Shown one piece after another: positions 1 through 12,035 of a DNA stretch of 64,000 nt; the stretch's first letter is position 1, and every line of letters starts with the position of its first letter. A program made the position numbers and the translations under genes. A model generated the notes under the pieces. It had not been told where the DNA came from. It searched no databases and saw only the letters and a list, made by a program, of their open reading frames with translations. Source of the DNA: Geosiphon pyriformis uo1 (Eukaryota > Fungi > Glomeromycota); assembly GCA_016748015.1 (NCBI GenBank), contig JAAOMT010000299.1:186001-250000 (forward strand), given 5' to 3'.

Positions 1-806
1 ATTGATTTAATGATGTTAATTTTTGTCAGCTCTTTGTGATCTGAAGGTTTTGAGTTAAAGTTCTTTGTATAATAGACAAAGATTCAAGAGTGTTTTAGTA
101 GCCTTCTGGAATTGTAATTTTGTCAAATTTTTTTCTTAATGTGGTGGCTAATAATCTGGCAAAGATGCTCTTTTGGTAAGCTATTCTTAAATTCTTAATT
201 CTTATATCCTTCCTTTGGGATCTTTTACTAGGCTATTCTTGACATCAATAATTCAGCACTTAATCCTCAATTAATTAGTAAACACAACAGAATAAAGTAA
301 AGAAATAAAAGAGATAAAAGAACAATAAAGAAAATAAGCCAAGACAAAGTGCAAGTTAGTATTTTATTAATAGCCATGATCAAGAGTTATTGTTCCAGTA
401 TATTAAGTATTGATTACTATCAACATAAAGCATTGATAGTGGAGGGTAGATTTGAGATAGTGAATAATTATTTATTGATATTTGTAATGTGGAAGGTTGC
501 TTAGATTAAATCTAAATTAAAAGGTTTGTCTTTTTTTACTTCTAATACTATTGCTATATATACATAATTGAAATTTTTCAATTCCTCAATTTTTTGCACC
601 AGAAATTCTAGAATTTCTGGAATTCTGCAATTTCTTTAAGAGGAATTCTAGAATTCTGGAATTCTGCAATTCTTTGTACAAGAATTCTGAAATTTCTGGA
701 ATCTTGCAATTTCTTTGAGAGAAATTCTGAAATTCCACATTTATTATAGTTACTTTTGATTGGCTAATTTATATGCTAATATACTTTCTATATTCTAAAA
801 GTAACA
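1..806 (-). repeat. 3' LTR of Gypsy A1 (partial)
   Basis: Colinear with ~19282-20051; GTAACA at 801-806 (TGTTAC on minus strand), preceded on minus strand by purine tract AAAAGGAGAGAATAA; ~39-bp tandem repeats at ~600-740. Confidence 0.9.
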
Positions 807-819
807 TTATTCTCTCCTT

Positions 820-1449
820 TTAATATTGAGCTCTATTGAGATTTTCTTATTCTAACTTTCCATCTTTGAGTATTTTTTGAACTTCTTTTTCGAGAATTAC
901 TTGTGTTATCTTGGTCTGTAATTTTTCAAATTGGGCATTAGTTATTTTTCTCATTTGGTTAATGATAATAGAGTCTATTATTGGATTAAGTAAGATTTCT
1001 GGTCAGTCTTAAAATTTGACTTGTAGTCGATAAATGGCTTGTACTTGTGTGGTTAAATTGTTCTTTTCCACAAATTGTTTTAGTTGTTGTAATATTTCTG
1101 GATCAAATAATTGCTTTGTCTTATCTGTATATAAGTTTTAAATATTTAAGTGTTGTTTCAAGTGGAAATAACAAAAGTTTTTTGGAAATTCTTGTATCCA
1201 CCAATTCCAAGTTTTTTTGGTCAATTTTTGATATAGTGTGACTCTTGTTGGTTCTTCTATTGTCACTTTTACTTTTAGCATTATTTTGTTGATAGTGTTT
1301 TCTGGTTTCCTTTGTACTTTGTATTGGGGTTTTTTTCTGATATCTTTGTATTGAATGGTTTGTTGGTTGATAGTAATTTCCATATTTTATTGTTGGATCA
1401 GTTGAAAGAGTTGTTGTGCTAGTAAGTAGATATTGTCAGTAATTTCCAT
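820..1449 (-). pseudogene. Gypsy A1 ORF3 (unknown protein in env position), disrupted
   Basis: ATG at 1449 (MEITDNIYLLAQQLFQ...FPKNFCYFHLKQHLNI); homologous to ORF3 of A2, B and C copies. Confidence 0.7.
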
Positions 1450-1501
1450 TTTTTTGATATCTTTTGTCATGTCTACTATGTCTTTATATTCTTCTAATTG
1501 T

Positions 1502-2884
1502 TTAATTTGATGTGTTAGTTTCAATAATAATGATTGGTTCTAAATTCTATAGAATTTTATCTGATTGGATTAATGTTCTCTGTACTCCCAATTGTGGAAT
1601 ATTACTGATGAATGATAATACTATATTGTGATATAGTTTTAGTTGATCTTCATGTGCTGCTTTGGTTAAAATTTTGTTGTTTAATTTTAATTTATAAGCT
1701 CCATTTCCTAGCATTTTTTCTATGTGAAATGATCTATTCCATTTGGAATCAAATTTTCCACTCCATTGTTTTTCTGCTTTGGTATAATGTAGAAGTACTT
1801 TGTCTTCAATCCTAAATTCGACTGGTTTATCTGGTAATTGGTTATTATGTCTTTCTTTTTGTTTTTTTTGTGACTTTTGAATGTTATCAGCTGCTCTTTG
1901 CCATTTGTTTTCTAGTATTTTTATTAAATTATATGTTCTTTTCAACAATGTTTCTTGGAAATTATCTTCTGTTATTGGTTTAGTTGGATATGTTTTGATC
2001 TCTATCTCAACTGGTAATGTTGCTGTTCTACTATATACTAATTCAAATAGTGTTTCTTGTATAGTATTTTGCTTTATTGTTTAATAAACAAATAATACTG
2101 ATAGTATAAACAAATTTCATTTGTCTTGATTTTTTTGGCTGATTTTGACAATTGCTTTGCACAATGTTCTATTGAATCTTTTGACTAATCCATTGGTTTG
2201 TGAATGATATGATGATAATAATAGTCTTTTGATTCCAAATCTTTGACTTAATTTTGCTAATATTCTATTCACAAAGTGAGTTCTTTGATCTGATAGTAGT
2301 TCTTTTGAACATTTGTGTTGACAAATTAAATCTTGATAAACAAATTTGGCAATAGATTCTACATCTGCTTTTTAAATGATTTTTGCTTTTGGTCATTTAA
2401 TAAGATAATTTATGGCTATTGCAATATATTTGTTGCCTCTGCTGGTAATTGTTAATGGTCTAATTAAGTCAATTCCAATGCAATCAAATGGTTGTCCTAC
2501 TTTAATTGGTCTCAATGGTTTACTGGGTTTTGTTCCTCCTCTTTTTTGACAAGCATTATAATTTTGAACATATTAGATAATTTCTGGATATATTGATGGT
2601 TAATAGTATCTTTTACTGGTTTTTTTTATAGTTGCTTCTTTATGGAAATGTCCTGCTGTTGGATCTAAGTGTATATTAAATAGTATTGTTTTTTTTTCTG
2701 GTTCTGTAATTACTCTGGTTGGTTTATCTGAATTCTTTCTGTTTTTCTAATAAAGTATATCTTGGTAAGTAATAAAATATTTGGATTGTTGTTTAATATG
2801 ACTTTGTTCTTTTGAAGATAATTTTTTCTTGAACTGTTGGGTATTAATATAATGTTGGAGTTGTTAATATTTTTGTATATTCAT
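1502..2884 (-). pseudogene. Gypsy A1 stand-alone integrase ORF, disrupted
   Basis: ATG AAT ATA at 2884; HHCC, DDE core and KWN(G)xF...GNGAYKL C-terminal motif; 1383 nt, same length as in A2. Confidence 0.85.
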
Positions 2885-2914
2885 TTTTTGTTATATTTTT
2901 GGGTTGAAATGTTT

Positions 2915-5900
2915 TTATATTTGTTTCATTTATGACAAGTCATTGGCATTTCCATTTTTTTTTCTTTTTTTGTAATGTTCCATATAATTAAATAGTAAAA
3001 GTTCTATTTTTCATTTAAAATAGTAATCATCTCCAAATTTTTGTTTCTAAATTGAAGTCAATTTTTTATAGTCTGTATATATGTTAAATTTCTGACTCAA
3101 GTATTTCCTCCATTTCATAACTGCCCAATAGATTGCTAAGTGTTCTAAAGCCAGTGTTTCATAATTTTTTTCCACTGGACTTAAGTTGTAACTAGCATAT
3201 GCTATTGGATGTTTTCTTTTATCTGGTCTTTTCTAAAATAGTACAGCTTCTAATGCTTGTCCTGATGCATTAGTGGTAATAATAAATGGTTTCTTATGAT
3301 CTGGATAGATCAGTACTGATGCTTAGATAAGCTTTCTTCTTAATGTATTAAAAGCTTTTTATTAAGCTTTTGTCTATTTGTACTTTACATTTTTGGTTTG
3401 TAGATGATAGAGTGGCTAAGCCAATTTAAAAAAGTTCTTGATAAAGCAGTAATAATAGCCTGCAAATTCCAAAAATGCTTTTAGTTCTATCAAGTTGGTT
3501 GGTACTAAAAAGTTTTTTATTATTGTGATTTTATCCAGATTTGTTTTGATGCTGTCTTTGCTTATGACATGTTTCAAGAATTTCAGTTCCGTCTTGCCAA
3601 AAAAACATTTGGTTGTATTTAATTTCAATTCTGCTCTTCTCAATCTTTCAAATACTTGTTGAAAATAATATAAATAATCATTGAATGTCTTGGAAAACAC
3701 ATTGGTGTTGTCTAAGTAAACAACTATTAATTTCCACAGTAATCCAGTATAGACAATTTCCATGAGCCATTAAAATATTGCTGAAGCATTCATTAAGCCA
3801 AATGGCATTACTTCAAACTCAAAATTCTCTTTCTGTGTTGTAAATACTGTTTTCTCCTTATCTTTTGGTTTCATGGCTACTTGCCAATAACTACTGTTTA
3901 AATCTAACATTGAGAACCATTTTTTTCCTTCAAAAGCATCAAAAAGTTCTTAGATCTTTGGAGTTAGATAGCTATCACTTTTTGTCACTCTATTAAGTTT
4001 TTAATAATCTACACAAAAACATATTTTTCCATTCTTCTTATGAACTAGTACTACTGACAATGATTATGAACTTATTAATAGTTGAATTAACCTATTGTCT
4101 AATATCTGATTGATCTCTTGTCAAATGATTTCATGGCTTGCTGATAGTACTCAGTATGTTTTTCTGTTTGATTGATATCGTATCTTCAGTTTTGATCTGA
4201 TGCTGGATTATATTGGTTCTGCCAAATTTGTTTTTACTGGCAAAAATGTTATTAAAATTATTAAGTAATATCTTAAGCTGTATATATTGTAGTGAGTTTA
4301 GATTTCTTAAGTTTATCTGTTCCAATTGTTCTAATTAAAGCAAATAATATTTATTCTGTCCATAGATTGTTTGTGATATAATATCTACATATCTGCAAAG
4401 CTGTGGAAAATCTGAAATGTGGTTTGATAGTTGGTCCTTAACTTCAGTAGTCAAATATCCAATAATGGTTCCTTTTGATATCTCAAGAACATCTTCTGTT
4501 GTGTTGTAGATGGAAATTTTGATATGTTTTGGGCTTTTGGCTGGTATGTAAAGATTAGTAAATCCAATTTTTTTTGATTCACACATAGTAGTTTCTGCTT
4601 CAAAAATCTGTGTTTGATCTTTTACTCCCTTTTCTATGACTAACATATACTGATTATATGGTAAAATAAAAATTGATTGATAGATGGAGATAATTTCTTT
4701 CTTGTCAACAATCTCTTTTTCTGCCATATTAACTAATACATCTATTCTACTTGTGAATCTAAATTTATTAATCTCTCTAACTATAATCCCTAATTCTTTT
4801 CTATTTTTTATTAACATTAGCTGAGCTATTTTAACCAAAAATAGAAATATTGTCTGTGCTATCTTTTTATTTGGTTCTATGATATAGGTCTTTTTTGAGT
4901 CATTTTGTAGCATTGCAATGATGTTTTCTATATATCTTATGTCAACTATTCCTCTTCTTATATTAATCCCTTTTTTTGCTAAACTACTCCTCAATATGAG
5001 TTGAATTATTATTGTTGCTGGAATCTCTAGTGCTATTTTTAGATTAATAAATGTGCACAAATATAGTTTCAATTTTATGGCATCTTTTCTAAGATATCTT
5101 AGATCAAACTCTGTATCAGTATTATGCACACATTCTGGCATAATGCCTTCATCATTATTACTAAACCATTTGAGTTTTTGTTCTTTAAAGAGATCAAAAA
5201 ATGCAATGTATTGTTTGGAATTTGAATTAAAGTTTGAATCATTATTGTTGTTATTGCTATTTGGAACTGAGCTGGAACTGTTGTTGTCATCATCATTGTT
5301 GGAGTTTGAATTGGGATTGAACTGTGATTCCGATTTCAATGCACAGCTGCTGATTGGTTCTTCTTTTTTTGGAATTGTGTAGATTATGTATGATGATGAA
5401 TTGTAAACAATGTCACAATCATCACAATATTCAAAGTCACTGGAAATTAAACAATATCTACATAGTTTGGTATTCAACTGTTCTAACTATTGCTTTTGTT
5501 CTTCTTTGGTAGGTGCTAAATTCTGATAGTGCTTGTGGAATTGCTTGGAATTGTTTTCAATGTCATCGAAAATGTCAACAGTTACAATGTATTTGGGTTT
5601 AGAAAGAGTAAATGAATTGTTTTTGATTTTCAGTATTTCACTGGTTGAAGCTCCTTCTGATTTCACACTTGCCATTCTTCAAATTTCATGTTTATTGTGT
5701 GGATATTTTTCTAACTGTTACAGCACTTGCTTCCAGGTATTATTGATTGAAGTTCTTTTTTATACCTAGTTATTAATGAGGATTGTGTACTGACATGATT
5801 CATCACACATTCTTTCTTTCTCTGAAATGTTGTTCCATATTTTTTTGTCAGGCAAAATAGTTCTACATGCTAGGCAATATTTGTTATCCCATTTTTCTTG

Positions 5901-8900
5901 CTATTTGAATTGTCCAAAACATTCAAGAATGCATGAGTGACAGTAAAATTTAGTTGCTGTTGGCTATTCCTTGTCATCATCACAGCATGCACCCAATGTA
6001 GACAATTTCTTGCCACAATTGACACATATCAATTTTGGTTAGCAATATTTGGATGGTTGTGGTAGAGTGTAAGTATATGGACTATAAGTGGTGATTAGTG
6101 TTGGTTTTTCTTCCTTCTCTTTCCCTTTTCTTTTATTATTATTTTTTTCCTATTCCCAATTTGGTGGTATTTTATTATGATCACTATCATTCCACAATGT
6201 TTAGTCAGTGTTCCAGATAAGTTTTTCCTTTTTTTTTCTTGTTTACTGTTGTCCCAAGTCAAAATCAGTGATAGTTTGTTGTGGTCTTTATTGGTTCAGA
6301 AAACTTGATAAGCTTCTTAGGTAGGTTTTTTTTTTGTTGTTGAACTTAATGAGTGGTGTTGGTAAGTTGGTACTGGGTTTGAAATAATCATATGTTGCTG
6401 GTACTTGTGTGTATTGTCTGTTCTGATTGAGTTGCAACTTTTGAGTAGTCCAATCAAGTATCACATTTGTTTTGGACAGCCAATTATTACCAACAAGTGC
6501 TTAGTATTGGGTGGCTTCCATAACTAATATCTTGATTGGTACAATAATGTCATTAACTTTGATGAGTAAGTTATCTATTTCACCAATTGGAGTCTTGGTG
6601 GCCCCATCAGCTGTAATTATTCTTGCACTGACAGCTTAATTAACTCAGTGACTTAATTGGTTTATGAGTTGTCTTGTGATAATACTGTTAGCTAAACCAC
6701 TGTCTAAAATTAGTTTGATGGATTGACCATCGACTTTGGCATCAGTGTACATTGCAATAATGAGTTTGGTGTTAAGAACAGCTCCACTAAATAATGGGAC
6801 TGGTGTTATTTCAAGTTTAAAGGAAAAAATTGCTGCTAGAGATTTATTGTTGGTAACAGTAGCTGGAGGTATGTTGCTGGTAAGTGGTTGTTTTTGGTTG
6901 GATTCTGTGTTGCTGGGTGAGATGTCTTTTGGAATTACCAGAAAACTTAAATAGTGTTGGGAATTTGGGTTTTGGGTGTACCCAGTTTCCAAACTCTGCT
7001 GTCTTGATCCCAATGGTTGGTTGAAAGAACTGAAAATCAGTTGGTAGACAACTATTACTAATCTCCAGTTTTGAGTAACCCTTGATCTGGGATTCCCTAA
7101 TGTTATTTGAGCTGAGTTTGGTAGCAGTATTGTGATTACTGGTGCCTGATAGATTATTTGTGGCTGTGGTGGTTAATAGATTATGAGTGTTGGGGTTTGA
7201 TAAACTAAAGGTGAGTATAATTGCTGCATTATTGGTGCTTGATATATTGGCTGAGTCACTTGAATGTAATGTAGTAATGTTCTTATAATTGATTACTGAC
7301 ATAATACTGAATTTGGAGTTAGCAATCAGAGTTTCAATACTGATTCTCCAATTGTTGGTTGTTTATCTTTTTGTAACATTCAAATTGCAGATGTTCTTGT
7401 TTACCACAATAGTGACATACACATGTTTTCTACTGTTACTGTTGATTGGTTGTGAATAATAAACATAATTAATTTTGGGGACAATTGAAGTTTCCTTGAT
7501 TATTTTGCCATTGTGAGGTTTGATAAATAGCCTAATTGTTATTATTGTTAACTAAGTATTCCTCTAATTTCTGGTTGATTGTGTCACTAAATTGTTTTAG
7601 TTTAGAATCCAAGTCAGATGATCCATTTATTACTAAATTTACAGCTTGGGCATAATTAGCTTCAAGTTTAGCTAATTCAAAATCTCTGGTATTTGTAACT
7701 GTGGCCTAAAAATCTGCTAAATATAATAAACATACACATTAAAGAATACTATTGTGCAAACTTTTGATGAATTGATTTAAAATTTGTGGTGCTGTGAAAT
7801 AATCTGCTTGAATTGTCTAAATTTGGTGCAGATTCCTATAAAAGCATTTTAGATAAGTAGTGACTGCTTTATTTTTTTTTTGTTTGATGGTTGTGAAGGT
7901 ATTTGCCAGTTAGTTAATACTATTAATGTTACTAAAGTATTGTAAAAACACAAGCTTAAATACATTGAAGTTCTGGGGTTTGTTGATTAAGCTTTGATAT
8001 TATAAGTTAGCAATATCCTAAAGAAAACATGAAATAGCTTGTATGGCTCTGGCATTATTTCATCGATTGGCTGTGATGGCTTTTTTAATATTGTTTAGCC
8101 ACACTTGAGTGTCATTCTTTTTACTGGTAAATTTTTTGATTTTTGTGATTGGAGCATATGCCATTAAAGCTATAAGCAGCAGTTGTTGTGGTTGTTGCAA
8201 TGGTTGGAGTGGCTGTTGTAGTTGTTGTTGAGATAGTACTTGTGGCTGTTGAATTAGTTTGGTAATTAGTTCAATTGGTGGTTGATTGATTATGATTGCT
8301 GAAGGTAAGTGTTGTTAATTAATTATGTCAAAGTTTGAATTATTCTGATTTCCCTAAATTCGAATATTTGAAGTTTCAATTTTCAGGTTTTCTGAATCAG
8401 GTTTTGATAATTAAATTCTCAATTCTCATTTTCTTTTTCAAATTTTGTCACTTTTCAAGAACTTGTGGTTCCGAAATCTGGTGAAGATAATAATGATTAA
8501 AATCTTGATGGTATTGATAATTATGATTTAAATCCTTCAAAATAATCACTATATGTTCATAATAATTCCACTTTTTTTTGTTTACTTTGAAATAGGAGTT
8601 GTCCAAATGTTGATGTCACATAAAATGTGAATGCATCTGGTGATAAAATGTTGATGGTGTTTCTAGATATATAATAATATAATGAGTTGATTGGAGATTT
8701 TACTCTTGTTTTCTTTCAAGTAAGTGGTTGAATTTTTTATGGTATTACTGCTGGTGTTTGTAGTTTTTTTTTGCCTTTGTTTGCATAGGTGATTGGGTAT
8801 CTTTGTTAAGTGTAAATTTCAATTTCTTTATTGATTTTAGTGAGAATTGCTGTGAAATTATAATTTGCTGGTAAACTGGTATTTTGAATTAATTTGTTAT

Positions 8901-9093
8901 AAAAATTTTCTCTTGCTGAATTGGTTTTTATTAGTACTCCTAACAAATATAAGATTCTTTTATTAATGTAGAAATTGAAGACTGATTCTGTTAATAAATA
9001 ATTGTTGGTTAATTCTAAGTGTTGACAGTAGTATTAAAATAAGAATTTGGCAAATTCTAGATGGTTTGTTCCTATTTTTTCTGGTTTTGCTAC
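2915..9093 (-). pseudogene. Gypsy A1 Gag-PR-Cys-rich-dUTPase-RT-RNaseH polyprotein, disrupted
   Basis: Gag CCHC near 7390-7420; protease LILDSG at ~6700; dUTPase-like segment at ~4735-5170; RT VVYLDN at ~3710; RNase H to stop at 2915-2917. Confidence 0.85.
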
Positions 9094-9916
9094 TGTTACA
9101 AATGATTATTTGGGGTCTCAAATCAAATAACAAATCCATAATTTGGTGCTCAATATCTTGATAATGCTGGTAATACTGGTACATTGGTTGTATCTGAAGG
9201 TTTTTGGGTTGAGTTTTTTGTATAATAGACAGAGATTTGCTATACTTAATTTAGGTTGTTCTTTCAAGTTGTTTTTTTAATTTCTGTTTTCAACGTGATG
9301 GCCAGTTTAATCTGGCAGTCATGTTTTTCTAGTAAGCTATCTATTAATATATATAATACTACTCTTATTTCTGGGTTTTTTATCAGACTATCTGTGACAT
9401 CAATAACTCAGCACTTTAATCCTCTTAATCAATTTAGTAAACAACAATAAAATCAAAAGAAAAGAAAATAAAGAAATAAAGAAAATAAAAAAATGAGCCA
9501 ATGCAATTACAAATTAGTATCCCATCAATAGCCATGATTAAAAGCTATTGTTCTCATGTGGTTAAGTATCAATTACTATCAACATAAAGTGTTGATAGCA
9601 GAGAGTGAATTAAGATAGTAAATAATTATTTATTGATATTTGTGAATTGGAAGGTTGTTTAGATAAAATTTAAACTAAGAGATCTGTTTTTTTTATTTTT
9701 AAGACTACTACTATATATACATAATTTGGGTTCTATGAGATTGCTTACATTCTCGAGCAATATGCTATAATTTCTTCAGCAATGCTTACATTGCTGAACA
9801 ATGTGTTATATTTTCTGACATTGTTCTACATTGCTGAGCAATATGCTTATGTGCTAACTACTACTCTCTTATTGGTCTACTATTTTTCTATATTTGTTTT
9901 CTTTTTATGAGTAACA
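9094..9916 (-). repeat. 3' LTR of Gypsy A2
   Basis: 823 bp, colinear with 18293-19155; adjacent PPT. Confidence 0.93.
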
Positions 9917-9930
9917 TTATCTCTTTCTTT

Positions 9931-10566
9931 TTAATATTGAGCTCTGTCGAAATCTTCATTTTGAATTAATTCTAATACTTCTTTTTCAAATATTGTTTGT
10001 TTGATTCTGTTTCTCATGTCTTCTACTTGTGTATTGTTCATTTTTCCCCATTGGTTAATGGTTATGGTTTCCATATCAGAATGTAACAGTATTTCTGGAT
10101 AGTTCTGAAATATGTTGTGTAGTCAGTACATTGTTTTGACATGTAGTGTTGAATTTGTTTTCTTTCCGATAAATTATTCAATTTGTTGTATTATGTCTTA
10201 GTTGAATATTCTCTTAGATTTGTTGATATACAACTTCTGAATATTCAACTTTTGATCTAACTAGTAGTAGCAATATAATATTGGAAGTTGTTCTGTCCAT
10301 TGCTTCCAATTTTCTTTAGTAAGTTTCTCTGTTGATGCCATGATAAGTATTTTCCCAAAAGTGTTTTTCACTTTTTCTATTAAGTTATCTGTCCAGTTTT
10401 TATCATTCTTTGGTGGTCGCTAATATGGTGTATTCTTGGTCTTTTTTTTGGTGTTTCAATAGCAAATTATTTGGTTGTTAATAACAATTTCCATGTCTAA
10501 TTGTTGTTGACTTATGGTCTGGAATAATTGTTGCACTATAGTGTGAATATAATCTGGTATTTCCAT
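9931..10566 (-). pseudogene. Gypsy A2 ORF3 (unknown protein), disrupted by stops
   Basis: MEIPDYIHTIVQQLFQ...LPILYCYY*LDQKLNI...EDFDRAQY*; 636 nt in one frame, ending at the PPT. Confidence 0.75.
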
Positions 10567-10621
10567 TTTTCTTGGTTGCTTTTGTTGCATATACTGTGTC
10601 TTTATATACTCTTTTGGTTGT

Positions 10622-12004
10622 TCAATTTGACATGTTTGGTTCAATAACTATGATTGGTTCCAGATCTCGTGGAATCTCATCTAGTTGAATTAGTATTCTT
10701 TATACTCCCAGTTGTAAAATGTTATTGGTAAATGATGATGCTATCTGGTAATATTGTTTTAGCCAATTACCATGTACTGCTTTGGCTAAGATTTTGTTGT
10801 CCTATCTTAATTTATAAGCTCTATTTCCTAGAATTTCTTCTATGTGAAATGGTTTGTTCCATTTGGGGTCAAATTTTCTACTCCATTGTTTTTCCACTTT
10901 GGTATGATGTAATAGTACTTTGTTTCTAATTTTGAATTTAACTGGTTTGTCTGGTAGTTGGTTATTGTGTCATTCTTTTTGCTTTTCTTGTGATTTTTGG
11001 ATGTTATTAGCTGCTTTTCATTATCTGTTTTCTAATGTTTCTATTAAGTTATATGTTTTTTTCAACAATGTTTCTTGGAAATTATCTTCTGTTATTGGTT
11101 CCATTGGATATATATTGATCTCTATCTCAATTGGTAATGTTGCTATTCTGCCATATACCAATTTAAATAGTATTGCTTGTGTGATATCTTGCTTCATTGT
11201 TCAATAAGCAAATAATACTGATGATATAAACAAATCCCATTCATCTTGGTTTTTTTGGCTAATTTTGGCTATTGCTTCATACAGTGTTCTGTTGAACCTT
11301 TCAACTAACTCATTTGTTTGTGGATAGTATGGTGATGATAGTGGTCTTTTTATTCCAAATCTTTGGCTTAATTCTGCTAATATTTTATTCACAAAGTGAG
11401 TTCCTTGATCTGATAATAATTTTTTTGGACATCTATGTCGACAGATTAGATCTTAATAAACAAATTTGGCAATAGATTCTGCATCTGCTCTTTGAATGGC
11501 TTTTGTTTCTGGCCATTTAGTGAGATAATCCATGGCTATTGCAATATAACTGTTGCCTCTGCTGGTAATTGTTAATGGTTCTACTAAGTCAATTCCAATG
11601 TGATCAAATGGTTGTCTCACTTTGATTAGTCTTAATGGTTTACTGGGTTTTGTTCCTCTTCTTCTCTGACAAGCATCACAATTTTGAACATATTGGATGA
11701 TGTCTGGATACATTGATGGCCAATAGTATCTTTTTCTAGTTTTTTCTATAGTTGCTTCTTTATGAAAATGTCCTGCTGTTGGATCTGAGTGCATGTTAAA
11801 CAATATTGTCTCTTTTTCTGGTTCTGTAATTACTCTTGTTGGCTGGTCTGGATTTTTTCTGTTTTTTTGGTAAAGTATATTTTGATGATTGATAAAATAT
11901 TTTGATTGTTGTTTTATGTTTCTTTGTTCCTTTTGAGATAATTTCTCCTTGAACAGTTGAGTATTTATATAATGTTGTAGTTGTTGGTATTTTTGTATAT
12001 TCAT
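10622..12004 (-). pseudogene. Gypsy A2 stand-alone integrase ORF
   Basis: MNIQKYQQLQHY...HSDPTAGHF...CDAC...IGIDLV...SDQGTHF...LVERFN...KWSRKFDPKW; one frame, 461 codons with internal stops. Confidence 0.9.
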
Positions 12005-12035
12005 CTTTTTGTTATATTTTTGGGTTGAAATGTTT